Notes under the pieces: generated by a model
What the model saw: only the letters and a program-made list of their open reading frames with translations
What the model was told of the DNA's origin: nothing
Databases searched by the model: none
In this document: one piece after another, positions 34,237 to 45,267 of the stretch
How the letters are laid out: each line of letters starts with the position of its first letter
Numbering within the stretch: the stretch's first letter is position 1
Assembly (NCBI GenBank): GCA_019359325.1
Contig: JAHHHN010000012.1
Coordinates: 5,995-69,994, forward strand
Length of the DNA stretch: 64,000 nt
DNA from: Mojavia pulchra JT2-VF2
Lineage (GTDB): Bacteria; Cyanobacteriota; Cyanobacteriia; Cyanobacteriales; Nostocaceae
Direction: 5' to 3'
Translations under genes and position numbers: made by a program

Positions 34237-36102
34237 ATGCTGATACAAAACCGTTATCGTTTACTTCAGCTGATTGGCAAAGGGGGATTCTGCAAAACCT
34301 ACCTCGCTGTAGATGAAAATCAATTTCCCCCAGTTCCTTGTGTTGTGCAACAATTGTCACGCCAAAATCAAACACCAGAAACCTTTGTACAAAAGGCGCA
34401 ACAGCTAAAAGTAGTAGGTCAACATCCTCAAATTCCTGCTTTACTGGAACACTTCCAAGAAAATACCCACTACTACTTAGTACACGAGTTTATCGCAGGC
34501 AGTAATTTAGTTACTCTATTGGAAGATGAAGGAACTTTTAGTGAAAATCAAATTTGGCAACTTTTAGCAAATTTATTACCAGTTCTGAAATTTATTAGCG
34601 ATCGCAACATTATTCACCGCGATATTAAACCAGAAAATATTATTCGCAAATCCTCTGGAGATTTAGTTTTAGTTGATTTTGGTGCAGCTAAACTTGCCAA
34701 TGAAATTGACCAGTTAACAACTGAAAACTGCATCGGTAGCCCAGAATATATTGCACCCGAACAAGTAAGAGGAAAAGCAATTTTCGCCAGCGATCTTTAC
34801 AGTCTGGGTGTAACTTGCATTTCCCTACTAGCCCAGATTCCTCCCTTTGATTTATTTGATGTGGCTAATGATTGCTGGGCTTGGCAAGATTTTCTGCCAA
34901 ATAGCATCAGCAATCGCCTGACACAAATCCTTAACAAGCTGCTGCAAAATTCGGTCAGCCGACGTTTTCAATCGGCTGATGAAGTTATGCAAGCAATGGG
35001 GATTGCAGATACATATAATTACCCAACGATCAATTCGGATAATTATCTGCGTGCATCTGCGTTTATCGGCGGTTCAAAATTCCACATCCACAATTCCCCG
35101 TGGCAATGCATACATACATTAATTGGGCTTCCTAGCACTGCTGGGATAAATGCCCTTACCTTCAGCCCTGATGGTAAAACTTTAGCCAGTGGCAATGATG
35201 ACAAACTCATCAGAATATGGGATTTAAATACTCAAAAAGTGCTAGCCACCCTATCAGGACATTCCCAAGCGGTGAAATCACTTGCCTACAGTCCTGATGG
35301 CAATATACTAGCAACGGCTAGCGACGATAAAACTATCAAATTGTGGGATATTAATAGATTCCAGGAAGATTTGACCCTCATAGGACACTCACACGCTGTA
35401 AAAGCAGTGGCTTTCAGTCCTGACGGGCAGATTCTTGCTAGTGGCAGTTGGGATAAGACAGTTAAACTCTGGGATGTCAATACTGGTAAAGAAATTTTTA
35501 CTCTTACCGGACACCATTTACAGGTGAATTCAGTAGCATTTACTTCTCAAGGACGGATTTTGGCCAGCACGAGTTTTGATAGAACAATTCGCCTGTGGCA
35601 ACTACCTACAACAAATATGTTGCTGAAATCTAGCCGGAATACAGAATTTGAAGCAACAGAGGACATCTCTCGATTAATCAGCAGCGAAGAATTTGAAAAC
35701 CGCCCAGACTGCACCTTGTTAGGAATCTTTTCAGGTCATGCATGGGCGGTTTTAACGATCGCTTTTAGTCCCGATGGGAAAATTTTGGCAACGGGTAGCG
35801 ACGATAACACTATTAAATTATGGCAGGTAAACACTGGTCAGGTAATTACCACACTGTTAGGCCATTCTTGGTCAGTTGTAGCCTTGGCTTTCACTGCTGA
35901 TGGCGAAATGCTGGTTAGCGCCAGTCGGGATCAGACAATTAAACTCTGGAGGGTTAGCACAGCAGAAGAAATTGCTACTCTCTCTGGACATTTAGACTCT
36001 GTATCTACCGTTGCTGTTAGCCCTGATGCACGACTGATTGCTAGCGGCAGCAGGGACAAGACCATCAAATTGTGGCAACTTGTAGAACAGCAGGGGGGCT
36101 AA
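34237..36102 (+). CDS. Serine/threonine protein kinase fused to WD40 repeat beta-propeller
   Basis: Kinase subdomains [15 protein letters not shown]; C-terminal seven+ WD repeats (GH...WD). Confidence 0.9.
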   Translation: MLIQNRYRLLQLIGKGGFCKTYLAVDENQFPPVPCVVQQLSRQNQTPETFVQKAQQLKVVGQHPQIPALLEHFQENTHYYLVHEFIAGSNLVTLLEDEGTFSENQIWQLLANLLPVLKFISDRNIIHRDIKPENIIRKSSGDLVLVDFGAAKLANEIDQLTTENCIGSPEYIAPEQVRGKAIFASDLYSLGVTCISLLAQIPPFDLFDVANDCWAWQDFLPNSISNRLTQILNKLLQNSVSRRFQSADEVMQAMGIADTYNYPTINSDNYLRASAFIGGSKFHIHNSPWQCIHTLIGLPSTAGINALTFSPDGKTLASGNDDKLIRIWDLNTQKVLATLSGHSQAVKSLAYSPDGNILATASDDKTIKLWDINRFQEDLTLIGHSHAVKAVAFSPDGQILASGSWDKTVKLWDVNTGKEIFTLTGHHLQVNSVAFTSQGRILASTSFDRTIRLWQLPTTNMLLKSSRNTEFEATEDISRLISSEEFENRPDCTLLGIFSGHAWAVLTIAFSPDGKILATGSDDNTIKLWQVNTGQVITTLLGHSWSVVALAFTADGEMLVSASRDQTIKLWRVSTAEEIATLSGHLDSVSTVAVSPDARLIASGSRDKTIKLWQLVEQQGG

Positions 36103-36112
36103 TTGGGCAGTT

Positions 36113-36412
36113 TCAAGCGCTACCTGTAAAGGCAACTTCTGGAAATTTCAGCTGGGCTTCTGCCATTGGACGGTTTCTGCCTTCCTCTTGCCAGTAGTTA
36201 ATCACTTCTGTGGCTTTGTTGAGTAGCTCAACACGATCCAGGTCGCTAATCCAATGTTTGGATTCGAGTTCCTTCTTTAACTCTTCCCAAGCATCGTTTC
36301 TTGGCCAGAAAAAGTACTTGGTTAAAGGACTTGTGCCTTTGCCTACAACTTGATCAACTGCAAGAGCAACGTTCTCGTCCAACCAAAGAATTTTCAAAAT
36401 AAACTTGGTCAA
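36113..36412 (-). CDS. Probable 30S ribosomal protein PSRP-3 / Ycf65 homolog
   Basis: [44 protein letters not shown] matches the Ycf65 family signature as I recall it. Confidence 0.65.
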   Translation of the reverse strand: MTKFILKILWLDENVALAVDQVVGKGTSPLTKYFFWPRNDAWEELKKELESKHWISDLDRVELLNKATEVINYWQEEGRNRPMAEAQLKFPEVAFTGSA

Positions 36413-36540
36413 TCACACCTCCGGGAATATCCAGGCATTCTTACTAAGTCAGCGATCGCTTATTTTAACGCAATACCTTACCAGATGGCTAAATAGTTAT
36501 TGGGAATGGGGGATTGGCATGGGTCATTGGGAATCATAAG

Positions 36541-36658
36541 GATTATTTCAGCACAAGTTGTGTGAGAAGACCTGATTTTGAGGATTTAGAAGTATATAAA
36601 CTTGCTGAGAGGCTAGCAATTGAAATTTGGCAGATTATGAAGGGATGAGATAATTTCT
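36541..36658 (+). pseudogene. Short remnant resembling the N-terminus of a four-helix-bundle (23S rRNA IVS-type) protein, terminated prematurely
   Basis: Translation ...FEDLEVYKLAERLAIEIWQIMKG* ; only 27 aa recognisable. Confidence 0.3.
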
Positions 36659-36761
36659 TTTAAGCAGATTCAAACCAATTCTTGATGAATTGTTACCCAA
36701 ACTCAATGCTTATCTAAAAGCTATAGGAAACAGAGAATAGAGAAAAACTTCTTTATTCCTT

Positions 36762-37616
36762 ATGCCCAATGCCCCATGCCCAATACCCTATCCTATGACC
36801 AAACAATTCTTACCAAGTGCGATCGCCGTTTTTGATATTGATGGTGTTGTACGTGATGTCAGTGGTTCTTATCGTCGAGCGCTCGCGGATACTGTAGAGT
36901 ATTTTACTGCTCAAGCTTATCGTCCCACACCAGTAGACATTGACCAGTTGAAGTCTGAAGGCATTTGGAATAATGATTGGGAGGCATCCCAAGAATTAAT
37001 TTACCGTTACTTTCAAACTCAAGGACAGCCCCGTGAACAACTGCAAATTGACTACAACAATGTAGTTAGTTTTTTTCAATCTCGTTACCGAGGGACAGAT
37101 CCTGATAATTTCACCGGATATATCTGTAATGAACCCTTATTATTACAACCTAGCTACTTAGAACACCTGACACAAGCTGGAATTGCTTGGGGATTTTTTA
37201 GCGGTGCAACTCGTGGTTCTGCTAACTATATCTTAGAAAAACGCTTAGGCTTGCAGTCTCCAGTATTGATTGCGATGGAGGATGCACCAGGTAAGCCAGA
37301 CCCCACCGGGCTTTTTGCTACTGTTCACCTACTAGAGAAAGGGTACGATTGCGCGGAGCGCAGCGCCGAGGGCGATCGTTTGCCTACTGTCTTGTATGTT
37401 GGAGACACAGTAGCTGATATGTACACAGTTGAGAAAGCACGCAATCTCCATCCACAACGTACTTGGATTGGGGTAGGTGTTTTACCGCCTCATGTGCAAG
37501 AAACCGCGACGCGTCGTGATGCTTATGCCGAAACGCTAAAAAAAGCGGGAGCAGCAGTAGTGTTGAGTAATGTACAGGAATTAAGCCCAGGAAAGATACA
37601 AGAATTGGTGAGTTGA
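36762..37616 (+). CDS. HAD-superfamily hydrolase
   Basis: Motif I AVFDIDGVV, motif III/IV VGDTVADM. Confidence 0.7.
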   Translation: MPNAPCPIPYPMTKQFLPSAIAVFDIDGVVRDVSGSYRRALADTVEYFTAQAYRPTPVDIDQLKSEGIWNNDWEASQELIYRYFQTQGQPREQLQIDYNNVVSFFQSRYRGTDPDNFTGYICNEPLLLQPSYLEHLTQAGIAWGFFSGATRGSANYILEKRLGLQSPVLIAMEDAPGKPDPTGLFATVHLLEKGYDCAERSAEGDRLPTVLYVGDTVADMYTVEKARNLHPQRTWIGVGVLPPHVQETATRRDAYAETLKKAGAAVVLSNVQELSPGKIQELVS

Positions 37617-37823
37617 TCACCTCGATCCATGTTCTAAGATTCTAGATGTGCATCGTACATCTGTGGTTCTTTTTAGTATTATTTGGATTTTTGCAATAAG
37701 CCTATTAGTTCATTGCATTAATTCTGATGGATGTATTAGTTGTTAGGACTTTAGTCTTGGAATGTTTTAAGTATTAAAGTGCTGGCTACAAAAGAGCAAA
37801 ATCTGTGCGATGAACCATTGACT

Positions 37824-39107
37824 TTAAGCTTGACCAGATATAACAGGTTTGCCAGTAGATACAGCCTGCTCGATAATATCAGCGGCTCGGCTCACTCCTC
37901 CAGCACGGTGAGTAGCTTCTTGTAACCTGAGCGCATTCTGTTTATAAGATTTTTCTGTCAACACCTGCCTTACAGCATTTCGCAACCTGGGGACAGTCAA
38001 TTTCTTGAGTGTGACAAACTCACCCGCTCCTGTCCAAGCGATACGTGCTGCTACTCCTGGCTGGTCATTAGCAACTGGAATTGCCACCATTGGCACTCCT
38101 TTCTTTACACATTCCATAGTCGTATTCATGCCCGCATGAATAATCATGAGGGTGGCTTTTTCTAGCACTTCTAATTGAGGTGCATACTCAACTACTAAAG
38201 GATTTCCTGGCAGGTTTGGGAGTGATTCGGGTTTTGCGGAACCTCCTAGAGAAATTACTAACTGGGCATCCAATCCCTCACAAGCTGAAGCAATAGTCTC
38301 AAAAACCCAAGTCAGACGATTTTGCAATGTTCCCATCGAAGCGTAAATTAACGGTTTCCCCGTCAATTTTTCATAGGGAAAAGGAACAGCTACCCGGTTA
38401 GCTGAAGTGTGGTAGCTTCCTGTGAAATGGAACCAGGGAGGTAGTTCCTGCCTGGGATATTCAAACTCAGCAGGTGCATTGCTTATTTGAGCCAGTTGAG
38501 AGTAGCCATCATTAAGAGCAGAGTACAAGGGTAATTTCCACTGTCGGCGATACTCATCTATCAAGTCTCCAAGTGGTTTAGCAATACGGCTCACCAACGT
38601 GTAACCCAGTTCGTTGCGTAAACGTGCCCATCTAGCTGGACTATACTTCCAAGTGGTAAAAAAGGGAGGAATGCTAGGTTCTCGATTCAGCACTACGGCG
38701 CTGCACACGGTCACAAAAGGAATTTCGAGAAAATCAGCAATCGTCCCTCCCTCCACAGAACTTTGGTTAACTAGCAAAGCTTCTACACCTGCGGCTTTAA
38801 TTGCTGCTGGAGCATCTTGGAGCGTAATAGCCGAGACTTGCTTGAGTAAATCAATCGTATATTGCAATGCAGCCAGCCCACGGAGTTCTCCCAACTTTAC
38901 GAAAGATTCTGCTGTTGCGCCCACGGGAAAATCTTTCTCACCAATTGATTGGAATTCTATCCCTGCTGCTAGTGCCTTTGGTTGAGTATCGGGTGTTCCG
39001 AAGAGGGTGACGCGATGACCGCGGCGTTGCAGTTCCTGCCCCAAGGGAAGCATGGTGTTGAGTGGGCCAGTTGCTGCACCAGGGCTAAGAATACCAAAAT
39101 GAGTCAT
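37824..39107 (-). CDS. GT1-family glycosyltransferase (MGT/UDP-glycosyltransferase type)
   Basis: C-terminal UDP-sugar binding region IIHAGMNTTMECVKKGVPMVAIPVANDQ typical of GT1/MGT enzymes. Confidence 0.75.
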   Translation of the reverse strand: MTHFGILSPGAATGPLNTMLPLGQELQRRGHRVTLFGTPDTQPKALAAGIEFQSIGEKDFPVGATAESFVKLGELRGLAALQYTIDLLKQVSAITLQDAPAAIKAAGVEALLVNQSSVEGGTIADFLEIPFVTVCSAVVLNREPSIPPFFTTWKYSPARWARLRNELGYTLVSRIAKPLGDLIDEYRRQWKLPLYSALNDGYSQLAQISNAPAEFEYPRQELPPWFHFTGSYHTSANRVAVPFPYEKLTGKPLIYASMGTLQNRLTWVFETIASACEGLDAQLVISLGGSAKPESLPNLPGNPLVVEYAPQLEVLEKATLMIIHAGMNTTMECVKKGVPMVAIPVANDQPGVAARIAWTGAGEFVTLKKLTVPRLRNAVRQVLTEKSYKQNALRLQEATHRAGGVSRAADIIEQAVSTGKPVISGQA

Positions 39108-39118
39108 AGTTAATGCCT

Positions 39119-39925
39119 CTACTTGATTTGTAAGAACTTATCCAAAGCAGTCACCATGCTAGGAGGCCAACGGCGAATATTTGTTACCCAGTTGATATCT
39201 TTGTAGCGGGTATCAAGTCCGACTGCGGCTACCCAGTTACTTTCGGCTTCGCCTTTTTGTCCAGTTACCCAGTAGGTTGCTGTGAGGGCGGCACGCATAT
39301 CGGCAAATTTAGGATATTTACGGACTATATTCCGCATCTCGCGGATTGCTTGGTCGATTTGTCCTGTTTCGTAAAGGGCAAGGGCATAGTTAGCACGGGC
39401 AAAGGCGAAATTTGGGGCGATTTCAAAGGATTTTTTGTAGTCTGCGATCGCATCTTCCCATTTTCCCAAACCTGCTTTGGCATTGCCGCGATTGTTATAT
39501 GCCATGGCATCTTTGGGATCAAGTTCTAGAATATGATTGTAATCTGCGATCGCATCTTCCCATTTTCCCAAACCTTCCAACGCTGTACCGCGATTTAAAT
39601 AAGAATCGGTAACATTCGGCGCAAGTTCTATGGCTTTGTTGTAATCTGTCAGCGCTGCTTGTAACTTGTTCTGACTTACTCTAGAGTTTCCCCGATTACT
39701 CCATGCGCCTGCATTTGTAGGAAATTGTTCAATTATCTGTGTCCAGTAACTTTCTGCCGTGACAAAATCACCTTGATTCGTAGCTGCAAAAGCTTGATTA
39801 GCTAACTCATCGCCTTGTTCCAACTGTTCTTGTGTAATACTAGGCGGTTGGGATAGCGCCATGACTGGTTCACCCCAGCCAAACACAAGCAACAGACTGA
39901 GAAAAATACTGATTAACTGAATCAT
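39119..39925 (-). CDS. TPR-repeat protein with N-terminal signal peptide
   Basis: Repeated W-DAIADYN-ALELDP-A-AYNNRGNA TPR units. Confidence 0.8.
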   Translation of the reverse strand: MIQLISIFLSLLLVFGWGEPVMALSQPPSITQEQLEQGDELANQAFAATNQGDFVTAESYWTQIIEQFPTNAGAWSNRGNSRVSQNKLQAALTDYNKAIELAPNVTDSYLNRGTALEGLGKWEDAIADYNHILELDPKDAMAYNNRGNAKAGLGKWEDAIADYKKSFEIAPNFAFARANYALALYETGQIDQAIREMRNIVRKYPKFADMRAALTATYWVTGQKGEAESNWVAAVGLDTRYKDINWVTNIRRWPPSMVTALDKFLQIK

Positions 39926-39950
39926 CTGGCTTTACCTGTGTCTATCTGTA

Positions 39951-40107
39951 ATGGGAATGGGGCATTGGGCGCTGGGCATAGGGCATTGGGGACTGGGGAT
40001 TGGGAAAAAAAGGTACAGGATTTGTACTTGTAATACCAATTTTCTAAAAGCCAGCTATTAATCATTCTCCCCTGCCACCATGCCCTATGCCCCATGCTCT
40101 ATGCCCT
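39951..40107. repeat. Inverted pair of STRR-like blocks (gggcattggg... / ...ccctatgcccc) forming a potential long hairpin between ruvB and the TPR gene
   Basis: Block 39951-40014 is the approximate reverse complement of 40069-40107. Confidence 0.6.
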
Positions 40108-40126
40108 AAACTTTTATCTAAAATCA

Positions 40127-41227
40127 TCACAGCAAGGATAACTGTTCATTAGGGGGAGTAAAGCCTAAATGCTTATAAGCTGCTTTTGTCGCTATCCTGC
40201 CGCGGGGAGTCCGGCTTAAATAACCAATCTGCATGAGATAAGGTTCATAGACTTCTTCAATCGTTTGGGTATCTTCACCTGTAGCGGCAGCAATTGTTTC
40301 CAATCCTACTGGCCCACCATTAAATTGTTCAATAATGACACTTAACATTTTGCGGTCTGTCCAATCTAAACCGCATGGATCTACTTGGAATAGTTGTAAT
40401 GCTTCCGCTGCAACGCTTTCATTAATCTCACCTGATATTTTCACCTCCGCATAATCACGTACTCGCTTCAGTAACCTATTGGCAATTCGTGGCGTTCCCC
40501 GCGATCGCCGCGCAATTTCTGTAGCACCATCTTCTGTAATTGGGGTTTGAAGCAATTGAGCAGTTCTGAGTACAATTTGGGTGAGTTCATCAACTTCATA
40601 AAATCGCAGTTTTTGCACTAAGCCAAAGCGATCGCGTAGTGGTGAAGTTAAAGCACCTACACGAGTTGTCGCTCCCACTAAGGTAAACTTTGACAGAGGC
40701 AAACTTCTGATGCGGGCGCTCGAACCTTTGCCAATGGTAATATCTAAGCGATAATCTTCCATCGCCGGATAAAGAATTTCCTCGGTCATCCGTGAGAGGC
40801 GATGAATTTCATCCACAAAGAGAATATCCCCTGGTTTTATGTTCACCAGTAGCCCTACAATATCCCGTGGACGTTCTAGTGCTGGCGCACTAGTAATTTT
40901 ATAGTTTACCCCCATCTCCGATGCTAAAATCATTGCCATTGTGGTTTTACCCAATCCTGGCGGCCCGTAGAGTAGCAAATGATCCAGCACTTCACCTCGT
41001 GACTTGGCTGCTTTGATGGCAATATCTAGCACATCTTTTAAGTCTTTTTGCCCAATGTAATCCGCAAATCGCTGCGGTCGAATACTCTCTTCTTGCTTAC
41101 CTTGTTCATCAATAGCAGCTTCGGCTTGCAAAAGGTCTTGATTGGGAGAGGCTTTTGCCGACTCCTTTTGCTGCTTTGATTCTCCATTGGGTTCTTGAGG
41201 CTGTTTTTTCGAGGAGATAATCGCCAT
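40127..41227 (-). CDS. ruvB: Holliday junction branch migration helicase RuvB
   Basis: AAA+ Walker [10 protein letters not shown], Walker [12 protein letters not shown]-terminal winged helix. Confidence 0.95.
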   Translation of the reverse strand: MAIISSKKQPQEPNGESKQQKESAKASPNQDLLQAEAAIDEQGKQEESIRPQRFADYIGQKDLKDVLDIAIKAAKSRGEVLDHLLLYGPPGLGKTTMAMILASEMGVNYKITSAPALERPRDIVGLLVNIKPGDILFVDEIHRLSRMTEEILYPAMEDYRLDITIGKGSSARIRSLPLSKFTLVGATTRVGALTSPLRDRFGLVQKLRFYEVDELTQIVLRTAQLLQTPITEDGATEIARRSRGTPRIANRLLKRVRDYAEVKISGEINESVAAEALQLFQVDPCGLDWTDRKMLSVIIEQFNGGPVGLETIAAATGEDTQTIEEVYEPYLMQIGYLSRTPRGRIATKAAYKHLGFTPPNEQLSLL

Positions 41228-41381
41228 AATTCAGCTATCTAGTTTGACTTGAGAACTGTGTAAGCGCCATTTTGTCTACAAAAGTGCGAATCAACAAGGG
41301 ATGCGAAAATTTTCTTTTGCGAAGACACGCGCCAATTTAAAATTTAAATTCCGGACAATTACCCAGGAGTAAAAAGTTGTC

Positions 41382-42155
41382 ATGTTATCTAAAAGAATTT
41401 TACCGTGCTTAGATGTGAAGGCGGGAAGGGTTGTCAAAGGAGTTAACTTTGTCAACCTCAAGGATGCAGGCGATCCGGTAGAACTGGCAAAGGTTTACAA
41501 CGAAGCCGGTGCGGATGAGTTAGTATTTCTGGATATTACGGCGACTCATGAAGACCGTGACACAATTATTGACGTGGTGTATCGTACCGCTGAACAGGTC
41601 TTTATTCCGTTAACTGTGGGTGGTGGTATTCAATCCTTAGAAAATGTTAAAGCTTTGTTACGCGCAGGAGCAGACAAGGTTAGTATTAATTCTGCGGCAG
41701 TACGCGAACCAGACTTGATTAATCGGGCGAGCGATCGCTTTGGTAATCAGTGCATAGTTGTTGCTATTGATGCCAGACGAAGAGTTGACCCCAACAATCC
41801 AGGTTGGGATGTATACGTGCGAGGTGGTAGAGAAAATACAGGTAAAGATGCCTTACTTTGGGCACAAGAAGTAGAAAAGCGCGGTGCAGGAGAACTATTG
41901 GTGACAAGTATGGATGCTGATGGCACTCAAGCAGGTTATGACCTGGAACTGACAAAATCTATCGCTAATGCAGTTCAAATTCCCGTGATTGCTTCTGGTG
42001 GCGCAGGTAATTGTGAACATATCCACGCCGCATTAACTGAAGGCAGGGCAGAAGCCGCTTTACTGGCATCACTTTTACATTATGGGCAATTAAGCGTATC
42101 CCAAATTAAAAATTATTTACGCGATCGCGCTGTACCAGTACGAATACTTACCTAA
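41382..42155 (+). CDS. hisF: Imidazole glycerol phosphate synthase cyclase subunit
   Basis: [18 protein letters not shown] and phosphate-binding motifs; 257 aa. Confidence 0.95.
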   Translation: MLSKRILPCLDVKAGRVVKGVNFVNLKDAGDPVELAKVYNEAGADELVFLDITATHEDRDTIIDVVYRTAEQVFIPLTVGGGIQSLENVKALLRAGADKVSINSAAVREPDLINRASDRFGNQCIVVAIDARRRVDPNNPGWDVYVRGGRENTGKDALLWAQEVEKRGAGELLVTSMDADGTQAGYDLELTKSIANAVQIPVIASGGAGNCEHIHAALTEGRAEAALLASLLHYGQLSVSQIKNYLRDRAVPVRILT

Positions 42156-42254
42156 ACTATTAGCTATCTTTTATGCACATCTATCTATGGTCAGAGACAG
42201 TTCCTAAAAACAGTGTTAATATAAATTAACTACTATTAATATATATTAAAAAAT

Positions 42255-42446
42255 ATGTTGATTCCTATTTTGTTGTTTGATGTAGCGCTGGTAGCTTGGT
42301 CGCTGCACCTAATGGAAAAAGCTTTCGAGAGTAAGGAATTCTCACTCATGTTAGCTGGTACATTGGTGGCTCTTGCTGCTGCTGCCATGTTAGTAGTGTA
42401 CTTTCTCATGGGGCATTGTATGAGCTATTTGCTTCAAGTATCTTAA
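42255..42446 (+). CDS. Small hydrophobic protein (63 aa, two predicted TM helices)
   Basis: ORF only. Confidence 0.25.
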   Translation: MLIPILLFDVALVAWSLHLMEKAFESKEFSLMLAGTLVALAAAAMLVVYFLMGHCMSYLLQVS

Positions 42447-42555
42447 ATAAATAACTAAGTATTTAGTTCTGAGTGGCAGCAATTATAAATTAGATTTTAG
42501 TCAAATATCTTGACAATTTATTAATTATTAAGGCATACTAGAGAACGCATCTCAA

Positions 42556-42628
42556 GGGGTTATAGCTCAGTTGGTAGAGCGCTGCAATGGCATTGCAGAG
42601 GTCAGCGGTTCGAACCCGCTTAGCTCCA
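42556..42628 (+). tRNA. tRNA-Ala (anticodon GGC)
   Basis: Cloverleaf folded by hand: acceptor GGGGTTA/TAGCTCC with G3:U70, D-arm GCTC/GAGC, anticodon stem CTGCA/TGCAG with loop ATGGCAT (GGC at 42589-42591), T-arm AGCGG-TTCGAAC-CCGCT, discriminator A73; CCA not encoded. Confidence 0.85.
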
Positions 42629-42660
42629 TCCCTTAATAACTACTATCCCGCATTAAATTT

Positions 42661-42756
42661 TGTGACTTTACCCATAACTTTGCCGCAATGGCAAGCTTAT
42701 GGTTCCAGTAGAAGGCGGCAAAGTTATGGTTCCAATTTCTGGGTAATTTTTAAGCT
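42661..42756. repeat. tnsD-proximal transposon end with ~3 closely spaced TnsB-type binding repeats
   Basis: tgtgactttacccataactttgccgc, aagcttatggttcca, ggcggcaaagttatggttcca. Confidence 0.75.
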
Positions 42757-44232
42757 TCATAACTCAAGTTCGCGATTCGCTTCTCTAAGAGCTAATCTAA
42801 CTTTTTTGTATCGGAAGTACCCTGGTCTGGAAACTAGCTCTGAAACAGCAGATTCAGTAGGATATTTACCCTGATTATGTAGCTCAAAAGCAACTAGTCG
42901 CACTTCCTGGCAGCATTCCTCTATTATTTTCTTATGGTAATCTTTCTGATAGCTGTCATACTTGGCAGAGATAGCACGACATAAATCTGGAAAATGTTTG
43001 TAAATCGTTTTTCTATTAACTTCTAACTGCCTAGCAACTTCCTCCATAGATAAAGGAGGAGACTCATCATTTTTGAGTAGCTCTTCTAAATAGAATTTGA
43101 CTCTCTCAGCATTAAATGGCTTATTCCTTGTTCTTAATGTAGTTTTAGCTTCCGTTGCTCCCAATTTCTTTGAGAGAGATAAATTATTATTTTCTTCGGT
43201 CAAAAAGCTTAGAATTGATACTCCAAAACAGTAACAAATATTTGTCAGTGCTTCAAGAGAAGGTAAATTTTTACCTTTACACCATAGCCAAACTGTATTT
43301 CTGGGAACATTAATCTGACGAGCGAATTCAGCTATATTTCCTTCTGCAATTTGCTCAACCCACTTCGATAGAGTGAGAGCGATTGTAGTAGGAGATAGAG
43401 CATCATTCAAATATGGAGTAGCAGCAATTAATTCTCCAAGAGCCTTAGCAGACCATATTTTCTGCTCTAGCTCATTTTTTTTCAAAGCATTCCTATTAGC
43501 TGATTCTTGGGATAGAATCAGTCCTAACCACTCTCCACATTTTGAACAATATCCTGGTTGCGATCGCCAAGCTAGCGTAGTGTTTTTTTGATGACAATGA
43601 GGACACTCACAAATTAATTGATGGTGGTGATAGGGGCATATTTTTACTACATCTAGCGACCAAAGTAAAGGCTCATAAATTAATTGTTTTTTCTCATACC
43701 ATTCTTGATAACAACTCGGACACCAAGCCCGAACAGAGCGTAGTAAATTTCTAGAAGGGAATAGTTTGTCCCAAGTTAGTAAAGTAAGAAAGCATAAGTC
43801 GTCACGGAGCGTTAATTTCTGTAGAGCTTGAACTAAGTCCTTTGCCATGACACCGCTACCGTTGAGTGCGGTAGTGTAATTATATATTCTGTGTAAATTG
43901 GCACCTCCATACTCTTTGTTAACAAGCGTTGCGAGTTGCTTCTCCATTAAAACCCCTGGATTAACACAATGAGCTTCTGCTAACCGAGATATATAACCAG
44001 TTAAACTTTCCACTAATGGAGTGCCAATACCAACAGGCTGTAATTGATACAAGCGACTACGAGATGGAATAGAAAGCTTTTTTAAATCCCAAGATTCGTA
44101 TGTTTCTAATACACTAGCTAACATCTTGCTGCACTCCGATGGGATCTCTTTTAGGTTTGCGTTTGCCAACCTTTCCTGGCGGACGAGTAGTTTTTGGGGT
44201 TTCTTCGGGTAGCACAATTGGTTTTGCGCCAA
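42757..44232 (-). CDS. tnsD: TnsD-like target selector (TniQ N-terminal domain with Zn-finger plus C-terminal HTH extension)
   Basis: WCPSCYQEW...CPYHHHQLICECPHCHQ zinc ribbon shared with the short TniQ at 48449; C-terminal HTH NIAEFARQINVPRNTVWLWCKG; 5' end overlaps tnsC so true start may be internal. Confidence 0.8.
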   Translation of the reverse strand: MAQNQLCYPKKPQKLLVRQERLANANLKEIPSECSKMLASVLETYESWDLKKLSIPSRSRLYQLQPVGIGTPLVESLTGYISRLAEAHCVNPGVLMEKQLATLVNKEYGGANLHRIYNYTTALNGSGVMAKDLVQALQKLTLRDDLCFLTLLTWDKLFPSRNLLRSVRAWCPSCYQEWYEKKQLIYEPLLWSLDVVKICPYHHHQLICECPHCHQKNTTLAWRSQPGYCSKCGEWLGLILSQESANRNALKKNELEQKIWSAKALGELIAATPYLNDALSPTTIALTLSKWVEQIAEGNIAEFARQINVPRNTVWLWCKGKNLPSLEALTNICYCFGVSILSFLTEENNNLSLSKKLGATEAKTTLRTRNKPFNAERVKFYLEELLKNDESPPLSMEEVARQLEVNRKTIYKHFPDLCRAISAKYDSYQKDYHKKIIEECCQEVRLVAFELHNQGKYPTESAVSELVSRPGYFRYKKVRLALREANRELEL

Positions 44233-45265
44233 GTCCTAATGCAGAGCGTAAGTTTTGTATATCTGTTTCTGTTTCAGATAATTGTCGTTCGCCCTCTTGA
44301 ATTTCCTTGAACATTCTCTGACACTGAGCAACCGACCAAGCACGTTTTTGTAAGTCTTTGAGAGTGATTGTTGTTGCTTCCCGATCCAGAGCATCTTTAA
44401 GAGCGCGTGTTAGCCAATTTTTCAGTATGCCAACACATCCTAATGTACGTTCATAAAAATATTCCCAATGAGTAACTAAATCTGGATGCTCTGCAAGTGG
44501 CATCTGCTGTTGAAAAGTCAACAATACACTTTTAAAAGCCTGTACATCATCTGAATTGTCAGCACAATAACGGCGGAAATGAATATCGACGCTACGGCGT
44601 GAGAGTTGACCGCTCAAGTTACGGAATGTAAGTAGTTCGTATGTTCCTAATAGACAGTGCAAAATGCCTGTCATATTTGCCACAGATTTAAGGCAGTCTA
44701 ATTGATCTTGTAGCTTGTATCCGCTTGCCATCTTGCCAAAATGTTGTGCTTCATCTACAAAAAATACGTCTGGATGACGGTGGATGAGGGCATTTTCTAA
44801 AGCTCTGCGTAGAGCAGGTGCAACTACTTTCGACTCAACATTAATTTTTCCAAAATTATCGCGAGAGATACCACGCACACCATAATCAAACTTGTGATCG
44901 ATTAAGGGTTCCTCTAAGGCGATTAAGGCGCGTGTGTAGTAATCTTTCCAGTTGAAGTTTCTCGATTCTGGGGCTACAGCCTCAACACCAACAACAGGAA
45001 CACGACTGCGATCGCTTTCCAGTTTAGGTAATGCTAGTTCTGTTAATTTCTGCTCAACGCGGAGTCGCAAAGTTGTTTTACCAACACCACTAGCACCGTA
45101 AACAAAGATAAATGAAGCTCCTGCTGGTTCGGCAATCGTTCGCATGAGAATTTCATAGACTTCTTTAAGTCGAGGATGCGCTACGGTGTAATTCTCAAAG
45201 TAAGCAAGCCTTTCTGGAGCAGGTCGTGTGAGGAGTTCAAGCGGAAATCCAGTAGTTGGTGTCAT
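44114..45265 (-). CDS. tnsC: TnsC-like AAA+ ATPase transposition regulator
   Basis: Walker A VYGASGVGKTT, Walker B VFFVDEAQH. Confidence 0.8.
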   Translation of the reverse strand: MTPTTGFPLELLTRPAPERLAYFENYTVAHPRLKEVYEILMRTIAEPAGASFIFVYGASGVGKTTLRLRVEQKLTELALPKLESDRSRVPVVGVEAVAPESRNFNWKDYYTRALIALEEPLIDHKFDYGVRGISRDNFGKINVESKVVAPALRRALENALIHRHPDVFFVDEAQHFGKMASGYKLQDQLDCLKSVANMTGILHCLLGTYELLTFRNLSGQLSRRSVDIHFRRYCADNSDDVQAFKSVLLTFQQQMPLAEHPDLVTHWEYFYERTLGCVGILKNWLTRALKDALDREATTITLKDLQKRAWSVAQCQRMFKEIQEGERQLSETETDIQNLRSALGLGAKPIVLPEETPKTTRPPGKVGKRKPKRDPIGVQQDVS

Positions 45266-45267
45266 AA

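Noticed and set aside
42587-42874. ORF 42587..42874 (+, 95 aa)
   Set aside because: Starts inside the tRNA-Ala gene and crosses the transposon end; not coding
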